A stretch of 64,000 bases of DNA from positions 186,001-250,000 of the IMG/VR virus record IMGVR_UViG_3300027816_000052. One strand, given 5' to 3'. The position numbers were made by a program, and so were the translations under genes. Below are positions 49,048-57,819 of the stretch, one piece after another. Within the stretch, counting starts at the first letter, position 1; each line of letters opens with the position of its first letter. Under the pieces are notes generated by a model that saw only the letters and a program-made list of their open reading frames with translations, made no database searches and was not told where the DNA came from.

Positions 49048-49622
49048 TGTTTAAACATAGTTTTTCATATTATTTTAGAAATACTTGGGAATTTATCCGA
49101 TGGGATATTCCAAGATTTTTTAAGAACATTTGGAGGTTCAGGAGAGAACTTAAATCCTTTGGTGGTTGGGACCGGTATTATACTATCTCAATGCTAAGAA
49201 GGTCTTTGATTACACAGAAAGAATCAATGGAAAAGTTCAGCAATGAATATGAACCAACACTTAGATTGAAACTTTATTATATGAAGAGAGCAATTTATTT
49301 AACGGATTGCATTCTCGAAGATAAATTTCATGATATGGCGGAAGCTAGACTTGGTTATAAAACAGTTTTTAGAGATTTTAAATTTGAACCAATTGAAGGT
49401 TCTACCAGTAAAAGATTGGTTTTTGATGAAGAAAGCGAAGAAGAAAGACAAGCGAACTGGAAAATTTTTGAGGAATCTTCAAAAATTGAGAAAGAAGTTT
49501 GGAATGAACTTTTTGATATTTTAAAAGGCGATATCTATAATGTTGATATGTATACCGAACATAAAGGTAAAGCATATGAAGATGTTCACAATGGTAAGGG
49601 TTTAATTAATTGGTGGTACTAA
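49047..49622 (+). CDS. Hypothetical protein
   Basis: 191-aa ORF. Confidence 0.65.
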   Translation: MFKHSFSYYFRNTWEFIRWDIPRFFKNIWRFRRELKSFGGWDRYYTISMLRRSLITQKESMEKFSNEYEPTLRLKLYYMKRAIYLTDCILEDKFHDMAEARLGYKTVFRDFKFEPIEGSTSKRLVFDEESEEERQANWKIFEESSKIEKEVWNELFDILKGDIYNVDMYTEHKGKAYEDVHNGKGLINWWY

Positions 49623-49634
49623 AAAAATAAAAAC

Positions 49635-49949
49635 ATGTCAGGAGGTTATTTTGATTATAAAAAATATCAACTTAATGATATCATTGATGATATTGAAAGA
49701 GTTTTAAATAGACAAGGAAAAGAAAGACCAAAAGAAGAACGTTGGTGTAGTGATGAATATCTTGAAAAATATCCAGAAGAAAAATATTATCCAACCTATT
49801 CAAAAGAAATTCAAGAAAAATTGCAAGAAGCAATTAAATCATTAACAATTGCAAGAATTTATGTACAAAGAGTTGATTGGTTTTTATCGGGTGATGATGG
49901 CGATGAATCATTCTTGAGAGAATTGTCTGAAGAATTGGATAAGGTATAG
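49635..49949 (+). CDS. Conserved phage hypothetical protein (MSGG family)
   Basis: MSGGYFDY...RVDWFLSGDDG. Confidence 0.65.
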   Translation: MSGGYFDYKKYQLNDIIDDIERVLNRQGKERPKEERWCSDEYLEKYPEEKYYPTYSKEIQEKLQEAIKSLTIARIYVQRVDWFLSGDDGDESFLRELSEELDKV

Positions 49950-49972
49950 ATATTTATTGAAAAATAAAAATC

Positions 49973-50236
49973 ATGAGTACTGAAATGAGAAAACTCATAA
50001 ATGAGTTTAATAACATTAACGAATCAAGTTTAAATAGAATATATAGTCATATTCAAAAATATGAATGCGCAATTATAACAGCGTTTAAAGGTAAGTTAAC
50101 TAACTGTAGAACCGAAAATGATAATGAAAAAAGAATATATATTAGACAGAACAAGGATAGAAATAAACTTTTAAAATCAGCTTTATTATTTTTTGGATAT
50201 CAAATTACAAAAGTAAAAGGTACTTATGTTGAATAA
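49973..50236 (+). pseudogene. Probably 3'-truncated late gene (ESSLNRIY...CAIITAF family)
   Basis: The frame stops at KGTYVE* exactly where a half attC-like site begins. Confidence 0.5.
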
Positions 50237-50274
50237 ACCACAAACCCGCCACTTGCATATACACGCTGTTATAA
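50232..50274 (+). repeat. Truncated attC-like site (right arm only)
   Basis: ATAAACCACAAACC...TATACACGCTGTTATAA resembles the right half of the 54977-55069 site. Confidence 0.65.
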
Positions 50275-50364
50275 GCAGGTGCGGTATTATAGCACAGAAC
50301 TTGATTTGAAAGACGAAACCTTTTTCTTTTCTTTTTGTGTGGTGGGAAAATAAAATTTAAAATA

Positions 50365-52338
50365 ATGAATAAAGTATTATTACCAAAAGAAGAAATTACA
50401 CAGAAGTTAGATAGAGATAAACTTACTTTATTGAACGCTTCTATCAAAGATTATGTGAACAACTTGTATGAAAATTCAAATGATGAATACATTATACAAG
50501 ATGGTGAACCATACGCCAATGGAGAATTACATTTGGGACATTTTTTAAACAAAACCTTGAAAGATTTTGTTGTAAAATATTACTTAACAAAAGGTAAGAA
50601 AGTTAGGGTTTCATTTGGTTGGGACTGTCATGGTTTACCCATTGAAAATAAAGCAAAAGAAATGAGTGGTGATTTAATTCAAAATGCTAAATTAGTCGCA
50701 ACCAAATATTGTGATATTCAAAATAAAACTCTTGAACTTTTCGGGATTTATCCAACTGAAGGTAGGTTTAAAACTATGGATATTGATTTTATAGAAAGAG
50801 AATTATATATATACCACCAACTACTAAATGCGGGTCTAATTCTTAAAAAGAATAAGCCTACTTGGTACTCACCAACATTAAAAACAGTATTGGCTAACTC
50901 AGAAATTGAATATAAAAAAATAGAAGATGAATCTTTGTATTTTCTATTCAACTCTGATAGTTTTAAATTACTTGTTTGGACAACAACAGAATGGACTGTA
51001 AACGGAAATCAGGCAGTATGTTTAAGTAATAATATAAAATATGTTAAAACTGTTGACAATATTATTTGTAGTGAAAGTTTTGCTATTGAAAATAATTTAG
51101 ATTATGATTTGTTTGATGTGAGTAATATTAAGTCATATCATAACCACAATGGAGATTTATGTCCAATTATTTATGATGACTACGTTTCAGATGATAAAAC
51201 AGGTATAGTACATCTTTGCGGTGGACACGGTGATGAAGATTATCGAATTTTAATGGATAATAACATAACCCCCAAAAATGTGTGCGATAAAATCGGCTTA
51301 TTAAAACACATAGAAGATTTTAAAATTGATGAAAAGTTTGTATATAAACGTGAAATTTACACACACGATTATCCAATTGATTGGCGTGAAGGGAATAAGG
51401 TGTATAAAGTATTAACGGAACAAACGTATCTTGATTTTGATTTAAACAAAATAAAGACTTGTTTAAAAGAAATAAAGTTATCATCAAAAGACAGAAATCG
51501 TTTATCAACGACAATATTTTCACGCAAAGATTGGTGTATTTCAAGACAAAGAAAATGGGGTGTTAAAATACCTAATAGTAATGATATATTGGATGTTTGG
51601 TTTGATAGTGGTTCTACATTTATGATGTATGATAAACCTGCCGATATATACATTGAAGGTTCAGACCAACACAGAGGGTGGTTTCAAAGTTCGATTATAT
51701 TAGCATCAATGATTGGTCGAGTACCAACAAAAAGAATAATAACACACGGATTTATTGTTGATAACACATTAGAAAAACTATCAAAATCAAAAGGTAATGG
51801 CGGAAGTTTGGAAAAGCTGTATGAAACATATAACCCTGATGTATTAAGACTATGGGTTTTACTGTCAGATTTTAAAAACGATATTGTCTTTTCGGAAGAT
51901 TCATTAAAAAACTCTGGTAAACAATATTTTAAAATAAGAAACTTTCTCCGTTATTTATTTAATAATCTATATATATATGATTATGATGAAACAAAAGTTG
52001 ATGAAAATATTTTTTTTAAAGTAAAAGAGTTGGAAAATAAATTTGATTTACTTGTCAATGAATTTGATTTGAATAAAGCAGTAAGGGGTTTTGTTGAATT
52101 TATAAACTATTATTCATCTTTGTTGACGGAGGATATTAAAAATGAATTTTATGAATCTGACACAAATTCCAATATGAGAATTAAATATGAAACAGAGTTT
52201 TACTATGTTTTAAAACACTTAAATAAACTACTTTTTTCGATTTTACCATTTCTTTCTATGGAAATAAAAAAAGCGTGGGAAGAAAAAAGAAAAGAAAAAG
52301 ATTTACATGTAGGGACTATATTTGGAAACGAGATGTAG
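50365..52338 (+). CDS. ileS: Minimal isoleucyl-tRNA synthetase (cassette 1)
   Basis: DGEPYANGELHLGH, GWDCHGLPIE, WTTTEWT, DWCISRQR, DVWFDSG, EGSDQHRGWFQS and KLSKS. Likely start at 50365 (657 aa). Confidence 0.9.
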   Translation: MNKVLLPKEEITQKLDRDKLTLLNASIKDYVNNLYENSNDEYIIQDGEPYANGELHLGHFLNKTLKDFVVKYYLTKGKKVRVSFGWDCHGLPIENKAKEMSGDLIQNAKLVATKYCDIQNKTLELFGIYPTEGRFKTMDIDFIERELYIYHQLLNAGLILKKNKPTWYSPTLKTVLANSEIEYKKIEDESLYFLFNSDSFKLLVWTTTEWTVNGNQAVCLSNNIKYVKTVDNIICSESFAIENNLDYDLFDVSNIKSYHNHNGDLCPIIYDDYVSDDKTGIVHLCGGHGDEDYRILMDNNITPKNVCDKIGLLKHIEDFKIDEKFVYKREIYTHDYPIDWREGNKVYKVLTEQTYLDFDLNKIKTCLKEIKLSSKDRNRLSTTIFSRKDWCISRQRKWGVKIPNSNDILDVWFDSGSTFMMYDKPADIYIEGSDQHRGWFQSSIILASMIGRVPTKRIITHGFIVDNTLEKLSKSKGNGGSLEKLYETYNPDVLRLWVLLSDFKNDIVFSEDSLKNSGKQYFKIRNFLRYLFNNLYIYDYDETKVDENIFFKVKELENKFDLLVNEFDLNKAVRGFVEFINYYSSLLTEDIKNEFYESDTNSNMRIKYETEFYYVLKHLNKLLFSILPFLSMEIKKAWEEKRKEKDLHVGTIFGNEM

Positions 52339-52345
52339 CACTTGC

Positions 52346-52465
52346 TTATAACGGTTGCAAATATAAAACGTTTTAAACTAAACTTAAATTGAAAAACAGT
52401 ATATAAATATAAACCAACAATAAATTTGGAACGCTGAAATAAATGTTTTATATTTGTTGTTATAA
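52346..52465 (+). repeat. attC-like hairpin (120 bp)
   Basis: TTATAAC-GGTTG-CAAATATAAAAC...GTTTTATATTTG-TT-GTTATAA. Confidence 0.85.
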
Positions 52466-52485
52466 ACACGTTAAATTATTTTATT

Positions 52486-52764
52486 ATGAAAACATATAAT
52501 GTAAAGTATGATGTTGGACAAGAAGTATATATACTTTTATCCAAAAAAATATTTAAAAGTAAAATTGAAAAGATTAGAATTGTTCATGGGGTACCTTATA
52601 TCAAAGGCGAAACAATGGAACAAATGGATGGAATTGAAATTGATTACTTGGTTGTAGTTAATGAACAATTCTATCCTTCAGGTGGACATTTATCTAGTTA
52701 TGATTGGTATAAACAGGATGATATTTTTTTGGATAAAGATGAACTGTTGCGGAAAATAATTTAA
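52486..52764 (+). CDS. Cassette 2 hypothetical protein
   Basis: ORF between the 52459 GTT and the 52775 AAC. Confidence 0.7.
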   Translation: MKTYNVKYDVGQEVYILLSKKIFKSKIEKIRIVHGVPYIKGETMEQMDGIEIDYLVVVNEQFYPSGGHLSSYDWYKQDDIFLDKDELLRKII

Positions 52765-52768
52765 TTGT

Positions 52769-52822
52769 TTATAACGTCTGATGATAAACAATCGTTTTAA
52801 TGTGTTTTATTTGCTGTTATAA
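52769..52822 (+). repeat. attC-like hairpin (54 bp)
   Basis: TTATAAC-GTCTGATGATAAACAATCG...GTTATAA; near-copy of 57404-57457. Confidence 0.8.
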
Positions 52823-52846
52823 GTATGTAATTTACAATTTATACCT

Positions 52847-53092
52847 ATGAAAAAAACGAAAAGAAAAATACATATTGGAAATGACCTATGGTTTTATTGG
52901 GTTGGTTCTGGTAGATGGGGTGAGGTAACTCATGTAACGATATGTTCACCAGATGAACAATATTATAAAATAGATGCAAGTGATGTTGCAAGTAGTGAAA
53001 TGTATGTTGGTGCGGAAGGGTCATTTCCAACACAAATATTACCGTCAAAAGTTAAAGAATATATTGAAAATAAAATAATAAATAAATTTTAA
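52847..53092 (+). CDS. Cassette 3 hypothetical protein
   Basis: ORF between hairpins. Confidence 0.7.
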   Translation: MKKTKRKIHIGNDLWFYWVGSGRWGEVTHVTICSPDEQYYKIDASDVASSEMYVGAEGSFPTQILPSKVKEYIENKIINKF

Positions 53093-53100
53093 ATTATTAC

Positions 53101-53195
53101 TTATAACGGTTGGGTGTATGAGAAGGTTTGCTTAGATGAACTTTCAAATTAACCACTGAACTTTATAGCAAACTTTCTTATACACCTTGTTATGT
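53101..53195 (+). repeat. attC-like hairpin (95 bp)
   Basis: GGTGTATGAGAAGGTTTGCT / AGCAAACTTTCTTATACACC stem. Confidence 0.88.
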
Positions 53196-53263
53196 GTAGG
53201 TGTGGTTAATTAAGGTAGAATGTTAAATAGTAGAAATGAACAAAAATTTTAAAAGAAAAATAT

Positions 53264-53674
53264 ATGAATTATAAACAAAAAATTACAACTATCAATTATT
53301 TTGAAAAGGTGGTTAAAATTTCTCTAACAAGAGAAGAGTGGAATTCATCTGGAACTTGGGTAGAGTCAATGATGAAAAAAGGTTGTGAAAGACTGAGTAA
53401 GGATTGGTTTGAAGATTTACATCACTTAGTTATGCGACCAATAAGTGACGAAATAAACTTTTCTGGTAAAAACTATACTTATGATGTGGATATAACATTT
53501 GATATACCAAGAGAATTACTGAGAATGTTTGTATATTCAATCGGTCAAATTGCTTATGATTTTGATGTTAAAGGTATAACTTCGGTTACTGCTCAAAATA
53601 TAGTGGGAAAAATAAACAAACAATTAAAAGAACAACTACCAAATGATGATAAATGGTTTCATTATGGATTTTGA
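53264..53674 (+). CDS. Cassette 4 hypothetical protein
   Basis: ORF between hairpins. Confidence 0.7.
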   Translation: MNYKQKITTINYFEKVVKISLTREEWNSSGTWVESMMKKGCERLSKDWFEDLHHLVMRPISDEINFSGKNYTYDVDITFDIPRELLRMFVYSIGQIAYDFDVKGITSVTAQNIVGKINKQLKEQLPNDDKWFHYGF

Positions 53675-53732
53675 TTTTTCTTTTAAAATTTTCAACCGAA
53701 ATGTTGATTAGAACGATGAACGGAACGCTTAC

Positions 53733-54208
53733 ACATAACGTATATCGGCTAAACGCAGTATTTAAAAACTTTTGCGAGGGAAATAATTAATCAATTAAAT
53801 AATAATAATTAAAAACAAAAAGTAAAATGGAAATCAAAACAAAATTTGACGTAAACAATTTGGTGAAAAGAAAATTCGACACCAATTCAAAGAACCAGAT
53901 GAGTGCTTTGGAAGTAATGGAAGTGATTGCACAAACTTGCTATGCAGGAACGCAGGTATTTTATTTGTGCAAACATGTAATTGCTCAAAAGGAATTTGTA
54001 GAAAAGTATTCTGAAAAAGGAGAATTTACTTGGGTGATTGCTCACAGTATTTCACAAGAAGAAAATCAGGCAGGATGGAGAAAATACCGTGAAGATGAAT
54101 TGATAGAAGCACCAAAAGAAGTGATTGACATTATACTTGGTAATTCTTAATTGTTCAATTGTGCGGTGGGAAAGTTTTTAAATATTGTCGTTTTAGCCGT
54201 TGTTATGC
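53733..54208 (+). repeat. attC-like hairpin with a gene in its loop (476 bp)
   Basis: CGGCTAAACGCAGTATTTAAAAACTTT pairs with AAAGTTTTTAAATATTGTCGTTTTAGCCG. Confidence 0.8.
53827..54150 (+). CDS. Hypothetical protein inside the attC-like loop
   Basis: 107-aa ORF with an A-rich leader. Confidence 0.7.
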   Translation: MEIKTKFDVNNLVKRKFDTNSKNQMSALEVMEVIAQTCYAGTQVFYLCKHVIAQKEFVEKYSEKGEFTWVIAHSISQEENQAGWRKYREDELIEAPKEVIDIILGNS

Positions 54209-54273
54209 GAAGGTGTGGCAACTCCAAAATTTCAAATTATAGACAAAACTTTCTTGCCACACTTTTGCATAAC
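54202..54273 (+). mobile_element. Empty cassette body (cassette 5, 72 bp)
   Basis: GTTATGCGAAGGTGTGGCAA...TTGCCACACTTTTGCATAAC with no ORF between. Confidence 0.8.
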
Positions 54274-54351
54274 GGTTGTAAATATGAGAAGTAAATTTTA
54301 CCTATAAAAATTAGATAAATCAAAATTTATTTCTTATATTTGTTGTTATAA
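54267..54351 (+). repeat. attC-like hairpin (85 bp)
   Basis: AAATATGAGAAGTAAATTTT / AAAATTTATTTCTTATATTT stem. Confidence 0.85.
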
Positions 54352-54382
54352 GTATGTAAAACAAACTAAATAATAATTAAAT

Positions 54383-54613
54383 ATGAAAATTGAAGGTCAA
54401 ATTACGCTAGATGGTATATTATATACACTGTTTATTTTATTCTGTTTATTTTTAACAATAGGTAGTTCTATTAGTGGGTGGTGGTATTTATCACACTTTG
54501 GATTCAGTGTAAAACAATTTTTGGTAAATATTTTAGTTTCGTCTTCAACTTTATTTATGATCTGGATGATTTTCACTAAAATATTTATTATAAAAATAAA
54601 CAGAATAAAGTAG
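54383..54613 (+). CDS. Cassette 6 small membrane protein (2 TM)
   Basis: Two hydrophobic helices. Confidence 0.7.
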   Translation: MKIEGQITLDGILYTLFILFCLFLTIGSSISGWWYLSHFGFSVKQFLVNILVSSSTLFMIWMIFTKIFIIKINRIK

Positions 54614-54626
54614 TTTGTTTTATTAC

Positions 54627-54757
54627 TTATAACGGTTGAGTATAACCGAAGGTGGGGATTAGAAGTGCCGAACCCTGACTTACCTACAAAAGTAAATTAG
54701 AAGCACAATATCTGAATGTTGGAACTACACCCCACTTTTGGTTATACTTTGTTAGGT
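54627..54757 (+). repeat. attC-like hairpin (131 bp)
   Basis: AGTATAACCGAAGGTGGGG / CCCCACTTTTGGTTATACT stem. Confidence 0.88.
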
Positions 54758-54777
54758 GTATGTAAATTTTACGGATT

Positions 54778-54966
54778 ATGAAAGATATACAACTGTTAAT
54801 TGATATGAAAGTTTCTTTAGGTAGGGAAACATTATTATTTCAGATACTTGGTAAGTATGGTGATAAAATACCAATGGAACTTCAAGAAGAACTACGAAAA
54901 TTGGCAGAAGAAGAAAGAAACTTTGGTGAAATGAAGAAACGAACTTTGAAGGGTGTGTTGGAGTAA
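54778..54966 (+). CDS. Cassette 7 hypothetical protein
   Basis: 62-aa ORF between hairpins. Confidence 0.65.
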   Translation: MKDIQLLIDMKVSLGRETLLFQILGKYGDKIPMELQEELRKLAEEERNFGEMKKRTLKGVLE

Positions 54967-54976
54967 AATTTATTAC

Positions 54977-55069
54977 ACCTAACGGTTGGGTGTATGAAAC
55001 GTAGCCACGCACAATACTTAATATAAACCACAGACCTTAATTGGCTATGTTTTATACACGATGTTAGCA
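54977..55069 (+). repeat. attC-like hairpin (93 bp)
   Basis: GTGTATGAAACGTAGCCA / TGGCTATGTTTTATACAC stem. Confidence 0.88.
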
Positions 55070-55175
55070 GTAGTACGGATTTAAACTACAAATGCTCATT
55101 CGGAGAACTGAACCTTTTTCTTTTCTTTTTTGTGGGTTGGACAAAATAAATTTGAAAAATTTAAAAATAAATAAT

Positions 55176-55409
55176 ATGAAATTAGAAACAATTGTAAAAG
55201 TTACACCAGATGGTGGAGTTGAAATTCCTTCTGATATGAAAGTTGGAACTGGATTGATGAATATGGTAAAAGAATTACGTGATAATGAATGGAGAACATT
55301 TGAACATCACGATAATTGGATTAAAAACGAACATTATCCAAATCCAACATTTGAACAACAATTTGATACAGGTAATGCTTATAAAGAAATGTTAAAAACT
55401 AAAATTTAA
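55176..55409 (+). CDS. Cassette 8 ORF a
   Basis: Likely start at 55176; the track's start at 55092 lies in the cassette flank. Confidence 0.6.
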   Translation: MKLETIVKVTPDGGVEIPSDMKVGTGLMNMVKELRDNEWRTFEHHDNWIKNEHYPNPTFEQQFDTGNAYKEMLKTKI

Positions 55410-55413
55410 AACT

Positions 55414-56013
55414 ATGATGAAAATTGAAGCAAAAAAAGACGGTAAAGGAAACATTGTAATATCGGAAGATTCCTTTGAAATGATACTGGCTTGTTTAGAT
55501 AATCAAAAATTTGTTGGTGAACAGCCACAAAATGGTGATTCGCTTTCGGTAGGCGAAGACAACTATTGGAAAGGACAAGAAGATATTCAAAACACTATTG
55601 ACCATTATAATAGAGAATGTAGAAAAATATTACATCAAAAATATGTTTTAAGAACAGAATCTGATGGTTATTTTCTTGCTAAAAAATATGAACATCAAAC
55701 AGAAGATACTGAATGGACTGGTGAAGATGTTGGATTAGTGTATGAACTATTCAAAGATACAAGAATAATTTATAATGAAACAAGAGATTTATTACCATTA
55801 GATGGTAGTGAAGAAATTAAGGAAGGAAGTACTCCAATTGGTAAAACAAAAGATGGGTGGATTGCAGTTGAACAAGAATCAAGACCTTGGTTAATTGAAA
55901 GAGCATTGGGATATGATGGTGATTATTTAACAATTTCTGAAGATGGCAGTAAGAATAGACCTTGGAAACAAGATGAAATTCGAAAAATTATAAACATATT
56001 TAATAATAAATAA
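55414..56013 (+). CDS. Cassette 8 ORF b
   Basis: 199-aa ORF. Confidence 0.7.
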   Translation: MMKIEAKKDGKGNIVISEDSFEMILACLDNQKFVGEQPQNGDSLSVGEDNYWKGQEDIQNTIDHYNRECRKILHQKYVLRTESDGYFLAKKYEHQTEDTEWTGEDVGLVYELFKDTRIIYNETRDLLPLDGSEEIKEGSTPIGKTKDGWIAVEQESRPWLIERALGYDGDYLTISEDGSKNRPWKQDEIRKIINIFNNK

Positions 56014-56014
56014 A

Positions 56015-56422
56015 ATGGGAATATTTGATTGTTTAATAGATAAAGACAATGGAAAACCAAAATCTGATATGGAATATATTTACAGATTAGATATGGTTTG
56101 GATACCTAACAAACTTGAAAGTAAACCAATTAAAATTGGAACGATAATGAATAATGTTATTCAACGAGATAATGGCAGTTATGAATTTACTTGTAAAGAA
56201 ACTGGTGAAAGATTACAAGCAACTTATTCTTGGGCTTTGGCTGAAAACACACCAGAAAATGTTGAAAGAATAAAAATATATGATGATGAATATTTAAAAT
56301 TCAAAGAATACGAAAGAAAAATAAATTCTTTGAGAAATAATATTATTACTCTTAAAGAGCGTGGAGAAAAAAGAAAAGAAAAAGATATTGCAGATGAAAC
56401 TCAAATCGGAGAACAAATGTAG
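56015..56422 (+). CDS. Cassette 8 ORF c
   Basis: 135 aa; the C-terminus reads through the cassette 3' flank. Confidence 0.7.
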   Translation: MGIFDCLIDKDNGKPKSDMEYIYRLDMVWIPNKLESKPIKIGTIMNNVIQRDNGSYEFTCKETGERLQATYSWALAENTPENVERIKIYDDEYLKFKEYERKINSLRNNIITLKERGEKRKEKDIADETQIGEQM

Positions 56423-56428
56423 TATTAC

Positions 56429-56487
56429 ACATAACGGTTCGGCGGGTTGCCGTTGTGCATTCAATAACGGCAACCCGACTGTTATGC
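56429..56487 (+). repeat. attC-like hairpin (59 bp)
   Basis: CGGGTTGCCGTT / AACGGCAACCCG perfect stem. Confidence 0.88.
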
Positions 56488-56527
56488 GGGGTCATTCTTT
56501 TTCACTCGGTAAAAAGCAAAAGGTACA

Positions 56528-56830
56528 ATGGCAAAAAGGAAGTTAGGCCCATCGAGCGGCAAGTGCTCCAAGTGCGGAGGTCACATCAGCATCAATCCAC
56601 CAAGACCGTGCCGCCGCTGCTCAGGCGAAAAGCCTCAGGCGAGCTCGGAAAAGAAAGAGCGCGTGTTCACCGAGAGCGAGGTGAAGGCGATGGTGCGAGA
56701 GATTCTCGCAGAACAGGAACGACTGCATATAAGCGATGGATCCGGAGGACACGATATTGTGTGGGCGGTCGGGATCGGAGAGGTCGAGGCGGTGTTTAAA
56801 GCGCACGGCATTGTTCTCGATCCCGCATAA
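56528..56830 (+). CDS. Cassette 9 GC-rich zinc-ribbon protein
   Basis: CSKC...CRRC; the stop codon TAA lies inside the GCATAAC core. Confidence 0.7.
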   Translation: MAKRKLGPSSGKCSKCGGHISINPPRPCRRCSGEKPQASSEKKERVFTESEVKAMVREILAEQERLHISDGSGGHDIVWAVGIGEVEAVFKAHGIVLDPA

Positions 56831-56954
56831 CGGTTGACGGTATGAAAAGTTGGGGATTAAAAGATATAAACTTTCGCACCGATACAATGATAATTAATAG
56901 TACAAACCTTCGGGAACGCACACACGCCCCAATTTTTTATACCGTGTGTTATGC
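56825..56954 (+). repeat. attC-like hairpin (130 bp)
   Basis: ACGGTATGAAAAGTTGGGG / CCCCAATTTTTTATACCGT stem. Confidence 0.88.
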
Positions 56955-56975
56955 CCCGTTTTTATCCAATTTTTT

Positions 56976-57398
56976 ATGTTACAAGACGAATTAGCATTAC
57001 AATATAAATACAAAAAACTTCCATCAGAATTATCTGACAAGGTAAGAAACCAATATTTGTCTGAAATACCAAAATGTTTGAATATCAATGGTGATTCTGA
57101 ATTTGAGTTAAAAACAGCAAACGGTACAATAATTTCAAAAGGATATGAAAGAATTGTAATTGGAGATTATGGAGCGTTTATTGAATTTAACAGAAATCAA
57201 GTTATTGACGAAAATATTTGTATTCAAAAGGGGCAAGAATATAGAATTAACGATGAAAAATATAGTAAGAATGTGAAATATTTTTGGTTGACTGCAAAAG
57301 ATTCATCGTGTATAAAGATATATTTACAACAGAAAACGGTATCATACGCAGATTATAAACCAAATATGTATTACGTGTCTCCATTTGAGGTTTTTTAA
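56976..57398 (+). CDS. Cassette 10 hypothetical protein
   Basis: GYERIVIGDYGAFIEF; likely start at 56976. Confidence 0.7.
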   Translation: MLQDELALQYKYKKLPSELSDKVRNQYLSEIPKCLNINGDSEFELKTANGTIISKGYERIVIGDYGAFIEFNRNQVIDENICIQKGQEYRINDEKYSKNVKYFWLTAKDSSCIKIYLQQKTVSYADYKPNMYYVSPFEVF

Positions 57399-57403
57399 AT
57401 GGG

Positions 57404-57457
57404 GAATAACGTCCGATGATAAACAATCGTTTTAATGTTGTTTATCATTTGTTATGT
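57404..57457 (+). repeat. attC-like hairpin (54 bp)
   Basis: ATGATAAACA / TGTTTATCAT stem. Confidence 0.85.
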
Positions 57458-57536
57458 GTAGGTGTGGATTATTAAGGTGGAATGTTTAATCGGAGAACTG
57501 AACAAAAATTTTAAAAGAAAAATTAATATATAGATT

Positions 57537-57761
57537 ATGGGAAACATAGTTAAAAAATTTGAAAACTTTAAAGATGGGTTATACGTCACATGTAAAAACG
57601 CACCAGAAGATAATTACCAACTTCATAATAAAAAGGATTATTTGGTTATTAAATATGATAACCAACCGTATGGTGTTGGACGAGTAACTATATTTAACCC
57701 TTCAAGTAGAAAGGAAGAAACATATCCTAAAACTATGTTTAGTGAACCATTTAACAAATAA
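57537..57761 (+). CDS. Cassette 11 hypothetical protein
   Basis: 74-aa ORF. Confidence 0.65.
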   Translation: MGNIVKKFENFKDGLYVTCKNAPEDNYQLHNKKDYLVIKYDNQPYGVGRVTIFNPSSRKEETYPKTMFSEPFNK

Positions 57762-57819
57762 TTTTTCTTTTAAAATTTTAAACATAGATGTTGATTAGAA
57801 CGATGGGTGGAACACTTAC

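Noticed and set aside
50335-50364. Upstream start extensions in the track for ileS (50335), 55092, 47024 and 60445
   Set aside because: The extensions run through cassette flanks, promoters or a terminator, and downstream ATGs with A-rich leaders fit better.
50365-52338. Mupirocin-resistance IleRS (MupA/IleRS2)
   Set aside because: The motifs (PYANG-HLGH, GSDQHRGWF) are IleRS1-like, so resistance cannot be claimed from sequence.
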